DNA of 64,000 bases from Octopus sinensis (taxonomy: Eukaryota), in assembly GCF_006345805.1 (NCBI RefSeq), contig NC_043012.1, positions 48,670,001 through 48,734,000 on the forward strand, given 5' to 3'. Shown piece after piece: positions 39,760 to 52,437 of this stretch (positions are counted from its first letter, which is position 1; the number at the start of each line of letters is the position of its first letter). Made by a program: the position numbers and the translations under genes. The notes below the pieces were generated by a model. The model ran no database searches, was not told the DNA's origin, and saw nothing but the letters and a program-made list of their open reading frames with translations.

Positions 39760-40150
39760 TTTTTCGTTGGTTAAACACTGGTGTTTGTCAGGTACTGTTA
39801 ATGAAGACTTAGTTTTGTCAATCATTAGATGGATGCACAAACAGGTGTTGTTGTCCTCAAGGAAGTGTGTCTTGAATAACAGAATTGTTTGTGTATGTGT
39901 TGATGGCACAGCACCAGTGATGAGAAAAACAGGACTTGATGCTAAAGTTAAACCTGCAAGTGATACACCTCCTACATTCACTCATTGCATCATTCATGGA
40001 GAGACATTTGTGTCTGTATAAAAGAAACATTGATGTAATGTAAAATGCAGTTATAGTTATCAACTTCATTACGTTACCTTGTGGAAAGCTGTCTATTCAC
40101 AAATCTATGCTAGAATTTGGGATCAGTTTACTGAAGTACGATGGGCTCTC
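39760..40150 (+). pseudogene. decayed hAT transposase catalytic-core fragment
   Basis: FCQSLDG.., CVCVDGTAPVMRKTG (cf. CTDGAPAMTGKKSG), THCIIHGET (CxxH motif, cf. HCxIHRE), VIVINFI and TEVRW (40130-40144). Confidence 0.8.
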
Positions 40151-41194
40151 AAGATGTTTTTATCTATTGAATTTTGTTTCCTGACTAGGTGTCAGACATT
40201 TGCTGGTGTCTAGCAAGATAACTGTAGCAGTAGAACATTAGATAAAATTCAGTAAAATTGGGGAGAAATTGAAAGGCAAAAGGTGTGTGTTGGATCCAAT
40301 CATTAAGCTGTTCCCTTTATGGATTTGGTTATATTGATTTCTCTATTTTGTCAGATTCTTTCTTTGCCTTTCATAAGGATTAGTCAAAGTTGACCTAGTA
40401 GCAAAGAATATTGGAGATAATGTTCTTGAAGGCTGCAGGCCAAAAATGATCTGATATATCTGAAGCATTGGTCTTGTAATGATTTTCATTCAGATGCAAT
40501 ATTGCTATTAATTTTTAATAGCAGCATCACAAGGTAACGGCAAGACTGGTTAAAGCTCATGGGGATCCTCTTTGATCATGAGGATATATAATATTAATGC
40601 GTTTGTTCTTGTAAAGCTGTTTCCTACATTAACCAGTCTAGTTGAAGCTGTTTCATGCCTTATTATTTTGATATCCATCTAGTTCTTAAGTAATTTATAC
40701 TGAGGGAACCTAATAGTTCCCTCAGTATTGAATTGATTCTTTTGTCCCTTGGGTAGAACATATGAATCTGTAACTGAGGAATGTGTGTATATTTATATGT
40801 ATGATAGAGCTCCACTGGGCTTCAGCAATGAATATTTAGTTGTACAATCAACTGAATTACTTGCACATTGAATTAGTAAGTGCATAAACATTTCACAGAT
40901 GTTTATGAATGTGATAGTAAAAATGGCTGGAGCTATATATATATTGCAGGTGTAATCCATTTAACAGGTTTCCAAATTATTTCTGTCAAATTTCATTGGA
41001 CAATGCAGTCGGATTGTAAAAGACAATGCAGTCGGATTGAACTCACAACCTCATGATTGTGAAGCAGACTTGCCTGCTCAACAGTAGGAGTGATACGCTT
41101 GTCCTCATGATGTTGAATTTTGGGTCCATTTAATATAACTAGTTAATCATTGGCGAGCCTTTTATAAAATACTAGTAATGAAAATTTCATGAGC

Positions 41195-41400
41195 CAATGT
41201 AGGCTCACCAATCCAGAAATAGCAACCAATCTCTGAATTACATGCTACTATGTTAATGGGAAGGACACATTGTTTATCATAATCTTAGGTGCTCTGTGCC
41301 TAAAGGAAAATAAAAAAAAAATATGGAATGGTCGTGACCAAACCATCTTTGATCATAGGTTTTCCTCTTCAAAACTAACATGGAGATAAAAAACAAGAAC
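41195..41400 (+). mobile_element. repeat family F, decayed (related fragments at ~2740-2800, ~8935-9115, ~28235-28325 on - and ~47200-47310 on +)
   Basis: Shared motif gaaatagcaaccaatctc / rc gatttggctgctattt and gaatggtcgtgaccaaaccatctttgatcatagg. Confidence 0.5.
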
Positions 41401-41891
41401 TATATTAAAACTAGAAATAAAATTTATTGCTTCACTTGTTCTTTTTAGCAAAACAGTATGGCAGTATTCTGCTACATGTGCCACCTTGAATCAACTTTCT
41501 TAGATCTGTTCTGTTAATGTATTCTTTAAATATTTCGTCAAGGAAGCTAATTGATTTCATCAGTTTCTCGAAAGATATGAAGTTGGCAGAAAGGAAAGGA
41601 AAAAAAAAAAATCTTATTTAATAACTTTTTTCTCTTCTTTAACCAATTACCAGTAAGATGCACAGATCTTGTCTGTTTAATCTAGAACCATCCAAGGCAA
41701 TTCTAAAAATTGGCTGACTACTAGGAAAGTGAATGCTTTCATAATAGATGCCTTTCAAAGTAATATCTATGTTCTTGGTTAGCCATTGATGTACACCTCT
41801 ATGGTGCTATATCAGTGGCTAAATGCAATCTGGAGTTAATATCTTTTTATCGCTCTAAATCTTGGCATTTACTAGAGAACTAGTGAACTTG

Positions 41892-42210
41892 TGGGCATAG
41901 ACATGGCTCGCTAGTTAAGAAGTTTGCCTTCACAATTATAGTGTGCTGTGTTTGATCTGTGTGATATATCTGTCAAGTGTCTTTTACCATACTCTAGGGT
42001 TGATTCAAGCTTTGTGAGGGGAAATTGAGTAGATGGGAATGTATTGAAGCTCATTGGACGGTGTGTACCAGTAACTCAGGTCCATCCTTGTGTTTTGTAT
42101 CATGATGATTTGGCCAGGTGTCTTTGATCAATAACTAGCTACTCATTACATTAACATGCAAGTGGTTGAGTATTCCAAAGAACTGAATGTTCAGTGAAAC
42201 TGATGGTTCA
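41892..42210 (+). mobile_element. SINE family A-related, old copy
   Basis: ggcatagacatggctcgctagttaagaagtttgcc...gtcaagtgtcttttaccata...aagctttgtgaggggaaatt. Confidence 0.6.
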
Positions 42211-45200
42211 TCAACAACACTAGCTGACCTTTCACTTTCCTTCTGGTTTTGAAGTATTTCCTTTCTTAATATAATCTGCACTTACTACTTTAGTCACATG
42301 TAATACCTATACAATAGGTGTGCATAAAATTTACTCTTTCACGTATAACTGGTATACATTACAATGGTAACACTGTCAAGTTTAGAGCTTCCTGTTTTGA
42401 GTTGGTCCTATTGTGTGGTATCTTTGGCAAGTGCCTTCTGCTAAATCCTTTGGCCAACCAATGTTTTGTGGGTGTAATTTGGAGAATCTTTTAAATCCAA
42501 AGTTTCCCCCATCAGTTTAATTCCCCAATAGGAACATAGATCTTGTCTGTTAGGCTTGTGTTGTGGGTTTAAAAAAATTAAATTTAGAATCTACTTGATA
42601 TCTAAGAATTGGTCAAATAAGTTTTACTCACTTAAAATACAAGATAAAGCAGTTTTTTGTTGTTGCTCATCCTAAAGCCAGCTGTAATTTAGCAGACATA
42701 ATTAAATGTATTCCAGTCATGGCCATACCACTGAATCTAAATTTGACATTATCTAAATCTATATCGAATTTGCCTTTTTCTATTGGGTTGAGGAGTATCT
42801 TTTTTTAACCTCTCATCAGCCCAAATATCTGGTTTTAGTTTTGCTTATTTTTAGTTACAGCGTTTGAGGAATTTGAAACTTTAAGAACTAGAACAGTATT
42901 TATATTTCTGCTACTGACAATGTAAGAGATTTGAACTCTGCTAAATCTATTTGTTCCTGCAGAGCTGTAGGTCAAGGAAGCAGTAAGGCAGATTTTGATT
43001 CTTTTTGTTTGCTTCAGTGGCTTGAATTTTCTCTTCTGTTTTGTCTTTATCCCACTTTTCCAATTTAAGTGCATTTGGCTGTAAAATTGAATTTACTTCC
43101 ATCAGGGAACTATCTTACCAATACTGAGGAACATTGCAAAGACTATTAACTGTTGAAAAAAGAATCTTGTTTTTCTTTTCATTCTTTTTCTGTCTCATTT
43201 TTGTCTTTACTTGAAATATTAGAATGGCACCAAGACACTGTTACAAATTTTAAATATGTCACAAATGTGGATTTTTTTTTTTTTTGCCTGAGTGTCAGTG
43301 GTGTTGTAGATAAATTTCTTCAGCAATCTTAGACGTAGAATAATTCAAAGCTAAAATGTTTTAGTGTTTAAACTACTAGCCATTCTCTCCTTTATCATTT
43401 TCCTTTTTGTTCAATGTCTTATTTCTGAAGAAACTTATTCAGATTTCCCCCTACCCCCACTGCACTCTTGTCATCCTGTTTTTTTTTTAATACGTAAGGG
43501 AAAAGATAAGGTATATGTACATTAAGAGAAAAAAAAAAAACGGTAAATTGGTTCTGACATACTTCAGAATTAGCATTTTGGTTTTCCACACTTTTTGATA
43601 CTATGCTTGTGTGGTGCTCTTAAGCCAACTGTTCAACAAAACGAAATAAAGAAAAATTATTGGAACAGTCATGGTGAAAAAGAATTATTTCATTGTCTTT
43701 AATACATTGTTATATCTGAAAATTGAAGCATCTGTTAACTTGAAGAACTAGTTGCAACGGTACAATAGCACTTCTTGAAACTGAATTTATTACCTTTTTT
43801 TTGTGCTGTTTTTTTTTTTTTTTAGTCTCATGCAGGTGTGTTTGCAAACTTTTAATTTGTCATGTTAAAATTATGGATTAAAATAAATCTAAGAGTAGCC
43901 AATGTCTTTAATTAGTATAAAACAACTGTCTCTAAAAATAATCAGCATGTAACTACTTTTCTGTTTTTGTGTAAGGATTTAATCTTGGCATGATAAACCA
44001 ATTAACTTCATGTTGCACATTCTGAGAATTTTTATTTTGCTTGCTGCTTCATGTATCCTGCAAATTTATTGGTTTGGCGTTAAATAAGAAACTGGTGTTT
44101 AAGGATTAGAGAAACTTCACATTTTTCACTTACACTGACTTTATTAAACCAAAACTGATGCCATTATGTTATCAGGAGCCAAGTGAAAATTGCCTGCCAC
44201 TTGAGTTTTTTTTTTTTTTTTTTTAAGCAGAAGATAAATTGAAGGTTTAAATGTCAAACACTTAAAATATAAGCCTTGGTTACCTGGGTACTTCAGCTCC
44301 ACAGCATTTGTATTCCTTACACTAATACTGCATATTAGTTAGATGCTCCATTACTGACCACCATGTGGTAATAAGTTAAGCCACTATTGTACCCTTGGAG
44401 TTTGTCTGTTCCACTTGTGCAATATGTTACATGGAGAGGCTCTAGACATCTAGCTGTAAAACTAAGCCAACAAGTCTCTAATTCAGTTGCTTGAACCGCT
44501 AGTTCAGTAGCAGCCAACTGTTTTCAAATCCTTTTTCTTAAGACTAGACATGTTGGGTAATGTTCAAGACGTAGTCAGAATAATTGGAGTAGTCGTTATT
44601 GGAATTCAATTAATTCATAGCCTGTTCAGTCAGGGTATAAAAGGTGCTAAATAGAGTGGTTCACTAAAAACCCTATCGTGAGCAGCGGACAAAAACATTT
44701 TCTGTGTGTATTGGAACCGTAGTTATTTTTGTTTAGGGTGCTGTATTAAAAATATGCATTATAGTCAATGACTTGCTTTCTTGTCAGGTAAAAATTCATG
44801 CACCTAATTTTGCATGTACACAATTAACATATAGGCTGCTTTTAGTTATGTATGTTGCTGTTATATGTTGGCAGAATTACATTGCTATTTGCAGCTGATG
44901 TGCATGCAGACAGCTGTTGGATAGCTGATGCATGTGCATGCATGCAGGCAGGCAAGGCAGCTGTGTTGAGCTGCTGCCTGCAGCTGTTGTTAGCTACTTG
45001 TCTCAGCTGACTTCGTTTTATGCAACTCTGTGCATAATTAGGCAATATCTACTATCACACTCTCTGTTTCCTGCCATCATACCAAAATGTTATCTCTGTT
45101 TTGGCTGAAAGACCCATCAGCTTGACCTTTTGGCTATTACAACTATAACACTTGAGTTTGCTGCATGGTTGAATGAAAGATTCTAGATGTGTGAATGATT

Positions 45201-45349
45201 GATCTAATGAATATATTGCATGTATGAATAACATAACAGCTAGCACTTCTTACATGAGGAATTATACACATAATGCAACAGTGAAATGGCCAGTTAAATA
45301 TGGCATTTAAAATCCACTATTGGCAATATTGACTGGTAGTTTAAGTTAC

Positions 45350-45425
45350 AAGCCTCAGTTCACCTAGTTGTTGGCAGATATCTCCCTAAGCCTCAGTTAA
45401 CGTACTTGTTGGCAGATATTTCTCT
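45350..45425. repeat. imperfect 38-bp tandem duplication
   Basis: aagcctcagttcacctagttgttggcagatatctccct / aagcctcagttaacgtacttgttggcagatattctct. Confidence 0.9.
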
Positions 45426-48400
45426 CATTATCAGGTATGTTAAGATATCTAAGACTATGAATCTTTTATTTGGTTATTTGCTGGAAGCAATTAACAGCTC
45501 TTACTCAAAGAAAGATTCCTAGCTAATTCAAAGAGATAGTCATTGGAAACTACAATATTGAGAATGAGTGTATTGATAGTGAGGACAGTAACTGTATTGA
45601 CAGTATGACACAAGCTTGCTATATTGATAGGAATATATCCGGTTTCTCATTGCCTTCTCAAACTACTTGTCTGGTGATATCAATATGAATTATTTCCAAA
45701 TTAATGACACTTCACCCAGTATGCAATCTGCCCATTTTGTAACATTTCAGAGAAAGGTAACAGCTGCCCGTGTCCCCTATTCACACAACATATATAATTC
45801 TTTACATACTGCTTCATGATAGATTTATGATCAAATGTTGGTAACTGGCTGGTCACTCAGAATGTCAGGACTTTTGTTGGCCAAAATTTCCAAAGGTTAT
45901 TATTCTAGGTAAGCTGCGAATATCAGTTTCCTTCTGTATTTTCTGTATAGAAAAGTTATTAATAGAAGATAATATAGTTGTAAGTTATGTTACCAGTTCA
46001 TTGATATCAGTTTCCCTTCTTTGTACCATGTTTATTGCACCAAGTAATCTATAAACATCCCTAATTCTCTATCTACTCTTAGCTTGGGTTTCTTTTTAAA
46101 GTGCATTTAATTTCTGTATTTAAAACCCTGTGTAGGCATGTAAGTTTTCTCATGTTGGAATGTCTTGCCAGCTGTACCACTATCTGACGGTGAAGCTGTA
46201 TACTTGCATTATTTCCCTCTTATATTCCTAAATATCATCATCTCACCATCTCATTTGTGTGTGCATATCATCTGGTGATAAGATTTGTTCCTACATCAGG
46301 CTGTGACCAGGAGGTTTCTGGTTGTAGGTTTATCACAAAAGAATTATGAATCCCATCTACCATTGTTCCTGTTCAATTTAAACTCAAGTGCCCTCATAAG
46401 ATTGGGTGGAGAAATTAAGAATATAATTAAGACATCTGCTTTCTGTCTCTACCCCTCTCTTTACACTTCTCTCTCTCTCTACCCTTTATGTATTTCAAAT
46501 GCAGTCCTTCAAGTATTATGGCTAATCCATGTTGGCTTACTCATTGGTTATTCATTAGCTTTTGACAGGTGATTGTATTTCAGCTTTCGTATTAGGTTTT
46601 CCTAGTTAAGGTTGCACTTTGTGGTATCATTACCCTGCTCCCTGACCTTATGCATGTTTGAAGTGTTTCAATACGCTTTTTATCCCACTCAAACCTGTGG
46701 GACCATGCTTATTCATGGCTTGATTTGCCCTATTTCATCTTAATTTGCTCCAATCTTGAATTTTGAAACTGTTTTTCCTAATGTTTGTTTTCAAATTCAA
46801 TTATTTGGATTTGCTGTTTGGCCTACAGATCCAACTGCACACCTGATACTTCTTACATTCAGACAGCTTTGTTAAACTTCAGAGTAATATTTAAGATTTA
46901 TAATGAAATGAATATAATGCAAGACAATTGCTTTGTGTAAGAAAAGCTATTATAGAATGTTATAGTTATAAGAAATCTGTTCAAAGGTAAACTCATTCAA
47001 CCAATACTAGCATTGAGCAATGTAGCCTGATAATTTCAATTGAGAATTAAAGCTAATTAATTATTGAAACCTCATTAAATGTGCTAAGTTGCCTAAGTTA
47101 TAATGCCCAAATCCTATTTCTTCATCTTACCCAGCTGAAATTGGATGTCACTTCATAGCTGAGCTATGAAAGAATAAGTACATACAGCTGTTAAATACTG
47201 AGGGAGCCCCCATGTGGTCGATACTTGCTAGAAATTAAAGCCAAATATCCATGTTTCAAAAAAAAAAAATGCGCTATTGGACCATGTCTAAGATACTCTT
47301 TAAAAATCCCTAGCTAGAATGCTTTTGTCATTAGTGTGCTCAGTCAGAGCCCACATGCATCTAAACACCTATAATTATTTAATTTGCTGGTCTTTCCTCG
47401 GAGAATTTGCTGCAAAGCACGATATAAACATTGGGGTACAGTTAGGTTTGCATTTCATTACTTTTGGTCTCAATTGTACTTCCCTAGTTATGCTGGGTAT
47501 TTGGTATATTTCTTGATTCTTTTTGTTGCTGCAGGCATTCATCTGGAAGGTTTGGCACTACACTGCAAATTGACTTGTTTTGGTCAAGTACTGTTAGTCC
47601 TGCAGAATTCCTTGTCCCTGTTTATAGCTTAGTGTGCTAAGCTAACTGGTTACAAGTCAACTATCATTAAACCCTTCAACTCCTTTGTCATTCTCAGGCC
47701 TCTTGAAATTGTAGTTTAGAAGTTGTAGAATTCTGTTTATTTTGAGTATAACAGTATTTTTGACAAGTGACTGTATCTGGATTTAAGTTATGAATCTGGT
47801 GGAATTATTCAGACATGAATGAAATTTTTAAAAAATGGATCTGGATTAAATGTAATCTTATCAACACTGCCCTTCAGCTAAGCTAATAAAAATAAAATTA
47901 TACAATAATAATAATAATAAAAGAATAAACTATCAATCCAGCTCTATTTCAATGCCACAATTTTTTTCCCCTTTTTTATTTATATGAGGAATTCGTGTAA
48001 TGCAATAAAATTTGCTTTTCAACTACCTGCTTTACTTTGGGATTTTGCCTTCTTTTGATGCTTCAAAAGCTAATCTTTAGGTGTGTACATGTGTGTTCAT
48101 TCTTAACCAGTTCCACACACACTTTCATATAGTGAACACCATGACAAGGTTCCAAATCATGACAGATTTTGTAACCTGTGCATCTTATTTTTGTCCACGT
48201 GAATGTTTGTAGTAGAATATTTCCCCGAACTGTCTGTTAATGCAAAAATTGTGGAATGCACTGACCCTTTTAATAACCTTTTTGATAGACAAGTTTTGAC
48301 TGGATTGTGTAAATGCTAGTTTCTATTTCTATACAACATATTCCATATATTTGGTTTAGAAATATCTATTCAGAAATGAATTCTTTACATATGGCTCTGG

Positions 48401-49256
48401 GGTGGTATGGAGATTGCAGACTGGGAGTGAAAATGCTACTGTGACTAGTAGCATTTGAAAATACAACATATGTAGGGTCCAGTATTTATACCTCTATAGA
48501 TTTAATTATAAAGTATTGAATTATGAAACCCCACAAATTTCTGTTTTATTTGGCCCAGATTACAATATTTTTCCTCGCTTCAATCTGGACAGGTTGTAGA
48601 AACTTTGCATCATGTTATCCATATGAAATATTGAGTTGTCATATTTAGAATTTATCTAGAATCTTAACCATTTCAGTATTTTATTTGTAGAAACAATTTT
48701 TTCCTTTTTAACATAGCTTATTCATCAGATCAGAAGTTTTATTCTGATATATATATATATAAAATTTAGATTATTGGAACATTTCTCTTAAATGTTTCTC
48801 AGTGACTTGTTCAAGAGCAAGTTTTAAGCAAGTTTACATTTATTGGCAATGTTCTTATTTCATTCAACTGTATAGTTTAGTTGTTGCTGAAAATTTTGTA
48901 TCAATATTTTTGGAAGCTGTTTCAGTTGTGTAGTTAGCTATAGGAAGGATACTTGGTTGTAAAAATAACTTGTGTTATATAAGAAATTGGTTTTTGCTTT
49001 TCCTTCTAGGACTGGTACCATGATTCTATATTATACATGTATATCTACATGTGCACACACATATGCACATGCACAAATGTGTGCATATGCACCAAATTTT
49101 TACCTATAATATATGTAATTTCTGGACACATTTTGCAGATTTTGTGAAATTAGCTCAGTTTCAATAAATGAATCCACTTATACAAATTAAACTATGAATT
49201 AACAATTTTGACAATACATATAGCAACTGATAATTTTTTCTTTTTGTTTGTTTTGA

Positions 49257-49299
49257 TATTGACCTTTCACTTACTTTATATTTTTTTTTATTGTTGCAG
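49257..49299 (+). other. 3' splice site of the large mex3 intron (phase 1)
   Basis: TTGAC branch-like motif near 49259-49263, pyrimidine/T tract, then TTGCAG|GC at 49299/49300. The position matches the known single conserved intron of MEX3 genes in the GRQG|CKIK motif. Confidence 0.9.
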
Positions 49300-50738
49300 G
49301 CTGCAAGATCAAAGCCCTACGTGCAAAAACCAATACATATATCAAAACCCCTGTGCGGGGAGAAGAGCCTGTATTTGTGGTTACTGGTCGCAAAGAAGAT
49401 GTAGCTGCAGCAAAGAGGGAAATACTTTCTGCTGCTGACCACTTCAGCCAAATTAGAGCATCTAGAAGAAACAACAGTGCTTCTGGTGTCTCAGGGACAA
49501 ATTCAAACCTGACCCCTGGCCCGCCCAGTCCTAATACTCCCGGTCATGTAACGATCCAAGTACGGGTTCCCTACAGAGTTGTAGGGCTTGTTGTTGGCCC
49601 AAAAGGTGCAACTATTAAAAGGATCCAACAGCAAACACACACTTACATTATCACACCGAGCAGAGACAAAGAACCTGTTTTTGATGTGACGGGCTTACCT
49701 GAAAATGTTGAAAAAGCCCGTCAAGAAATTGAAAGCCATATTGCCATGCGTACTGGTGGGCTGATCGAAGCCCACCAGCAGCAAGATGAGAATGATTTTC
49801 ACACAAATGGTGTTGATTCAGGTTTTCATGAATTAGGAACTGACATTGGACCTGTCTACCCCAAAACAGCAAATTCAGCAGCATTCACTTATCCAAGTTC
49901 GGGTTTAAATGGAACCCTATTATCTCGACGTAGTCAGGAGCCTACAATTTTTAATTTTCCACCTGTCACCTCAACAACTTCCAAACTGACGGATACTTAT
50001 AACCCGCTGTCAAATGGGTTTAATGCCTTTAACAGTTTTAGCATGTATGACAACGATGAAGGAATTAGTTCACCCTCTTTTGACCCTGTTCCATCACCTG
50101 CTGGTCTTTGGCCAGAATTGAGTGATCCAGCACCTCCCAACAGAGGTTCATCTCTAGTCGTCTCGGTGTTCACATCAACTGGTAGCAACCCCACAAGTAC
50201 TAATACCACCTCCTGTTCATCTGTCACAGCTGGTCGACGAAGCAGTCTTGGTGGGACCAACACAACACCTCGACTTTCACCCACTTTAGAGTCTGCTGAA
50301 GCAATGGCAAATGGTACCACTGTGACAGGAAGTCTGAACACCACGACTCTGGGTGGCAGTAGTAGCAGCTTGGACCATCATCCAATACTTCGACGTATTC
50401 GAAGTGACCCCTTGACTGGTAGCCTAGCTGGCATTTCATCTTTCGGACCTCTACCAACATGTACAAACAACTATGCTACTACCTCTTCTTCAACAGTCAC
50501 TAGCATCACTAGTTCTTGTCCAGAATCGCCACCACCAGGAGGAGGGGGTGTTGGTAGCCGTCCTCGACGTAACTGCCTTGTGTGCTCTGAGAGTGAGGTT
50601 GTGGCCGCGCTTGTACCGTGCGGCCACAACCTGTTCTGTATGGAGTGTGCCAATCTCATTGTTGAAAAACCAATTGTGGAGCGACTTTGTCCGGTCTGTG
50701 AACAAACTCCCACTCAGGCAATCCGCATATTTTCTTAA
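49300..50738 (+). CDS. mex3: MEX3-family RNA-binding E3 ligase, terminal coding exon (KH1 C-terminal part, KH2, low-complexity linker, RING); N-terminal exon not in window
   Basis: After ...ttgttgcAG the frame reads (G)CKIKALRAKTNTYIKTPVRGEEPVFVVTGRKEDVAAAKREILSAADHFSQIRASR (KH1). KH2 has the GxxG loop (VGLVVGPKGATIKRIQQQTHTYIITPSRDKEPVFDVTG). The RING CLVCSESEVVAALVPCGHNLFCMECANLIVEKPIVERLCPVCEQTPTQAIRIFS* ends at TAA 50736-50738. The GTG 'start' at 49353 in the ORF track is an internal Val. Confidence 0.97.
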
Positions 50739-52389
50739 CATACACACACATATATATATATTATAAAGACAAAGAAACAAAGATCTAACTAATAAATATA
50801 ATGCATAAGAAACTTTTCCGTTCCTTGAAAGAGGCTGTTCCCACTCTTTCCCCACCAGACAATTTAAGAAATGAGTATTCTCATTCGTTGCCGTTATTCA
50901 TGAGATTATAGATCCATATATAATATGTATATATATATGTGTGTGTGTATATATATAAATATATACATACATACACACATACATACACACACGTGTATAT
51001 ACACTGACAGATTTTATTGAAAGAAATTTATAAGTTTAATCCATATTTGGAAGATGATATATGTATGAAATTTACAAACACACATACTCAAACCAATATA
51101 TTTAAAAGAATATAAAATGACAGTTAGTGACTGGAGAGAAAAGGAATTTCTCTTAAATGTTTCAAAGCTCCAATTCTATTTTATATATATGTGCGTGCGC
51201 GTGTGTGTGTATATTGTGTGTGTGTGTGTATATATATATATAATCTGTATCTGTGTGTATACATTTATATGTATATGACTATATATGTACACCTGAGAAA
51301 GTGTATATAAACATATACATTTATCACATATATATTCATATATATTTCTATATAGATATCTATATACATATATAACTACAAACATACACACTCACACACA
51401 GATGTGTGTATATATATATACACACACACACACATACACACGTTTATATATATATATATATTATATATATATATATATATACACACACATACACACACGC
51501 ACTATGGAAGTAAATAGTTCATAAAGTTTGGTGATAGGGCTGGGCTCGTGAGGAAAACCGAGGTTTACCCAATTGACAGTGTTGTCACACATTAAGATAT
51601 TTCTTCCCTATGAAGAAATCTCCTTTCCCCCCACACAAAATATCTGTGAATGTTTTTTTTTGTTTTATTTTTTATTCTTTAAATGATTCTTTTCTTTTTT
51701 CCTTTTGAGTGAGAAGAGCGGATGAGATTTTTTTTGTTTTTTAAACTATATTTTACCCAGCTATAAAAAAAAAAAATTTAATAATAAACATATTTTATAG
51801 TCCACATAAAATAGCCTTTATTTTAATCCTGACGGGTCTAGTTGTGGCCCCCTGCCCCCCCACCACCACTACTAATTGTGATGAGTAGAAAGGGAAGAAA
51901 GAAAAATACATTAAAAAAATAAATTATATAAAAGTTAAAAAATAAACACAGAAAAAGACTTAAAATTTAAAATATTCTAAAAATCTTTAAAAAAAAAATT
52001 GTAAACCCCTTCCCACCTCAATATAAAAAATAAAAAAAAAATTGCAGATTTAAACAAATAATAAAGCAGGTTTATGCTTTCTAAACATATATTTGTATAA
52101 ATAGTACATGAGAAAATTTGTTGCACAACTTAGAGACTAGTATTTTCTATTTTAATATATTTACGAGCTATCTGTGTATATGTAGAACAAGTGGAAAAAA
52201 AAAATCGCACCCCTCCCCTCAAAAAGAAAGAAAAATGTATACATTGTCAAGAAACATAAAAAAAAAACTTTAAATGAAGAAATTTAATTTTGAAAATTAT
52301 CCAAAAGCCACACACATCTACATACAAACATGCGCATATATATGATGTACATACATGCATACAATCATCAATAAATATATATATAAATA

Positions 52390-52437
<48 letters not shown>

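Noticed and set aside
49651-50855. Antisense and alternate-frame ORFs overlapping the mex3 exon
   Set aside because: Shadow ORFs of a GC-richer real CDS; no recognisable domains.
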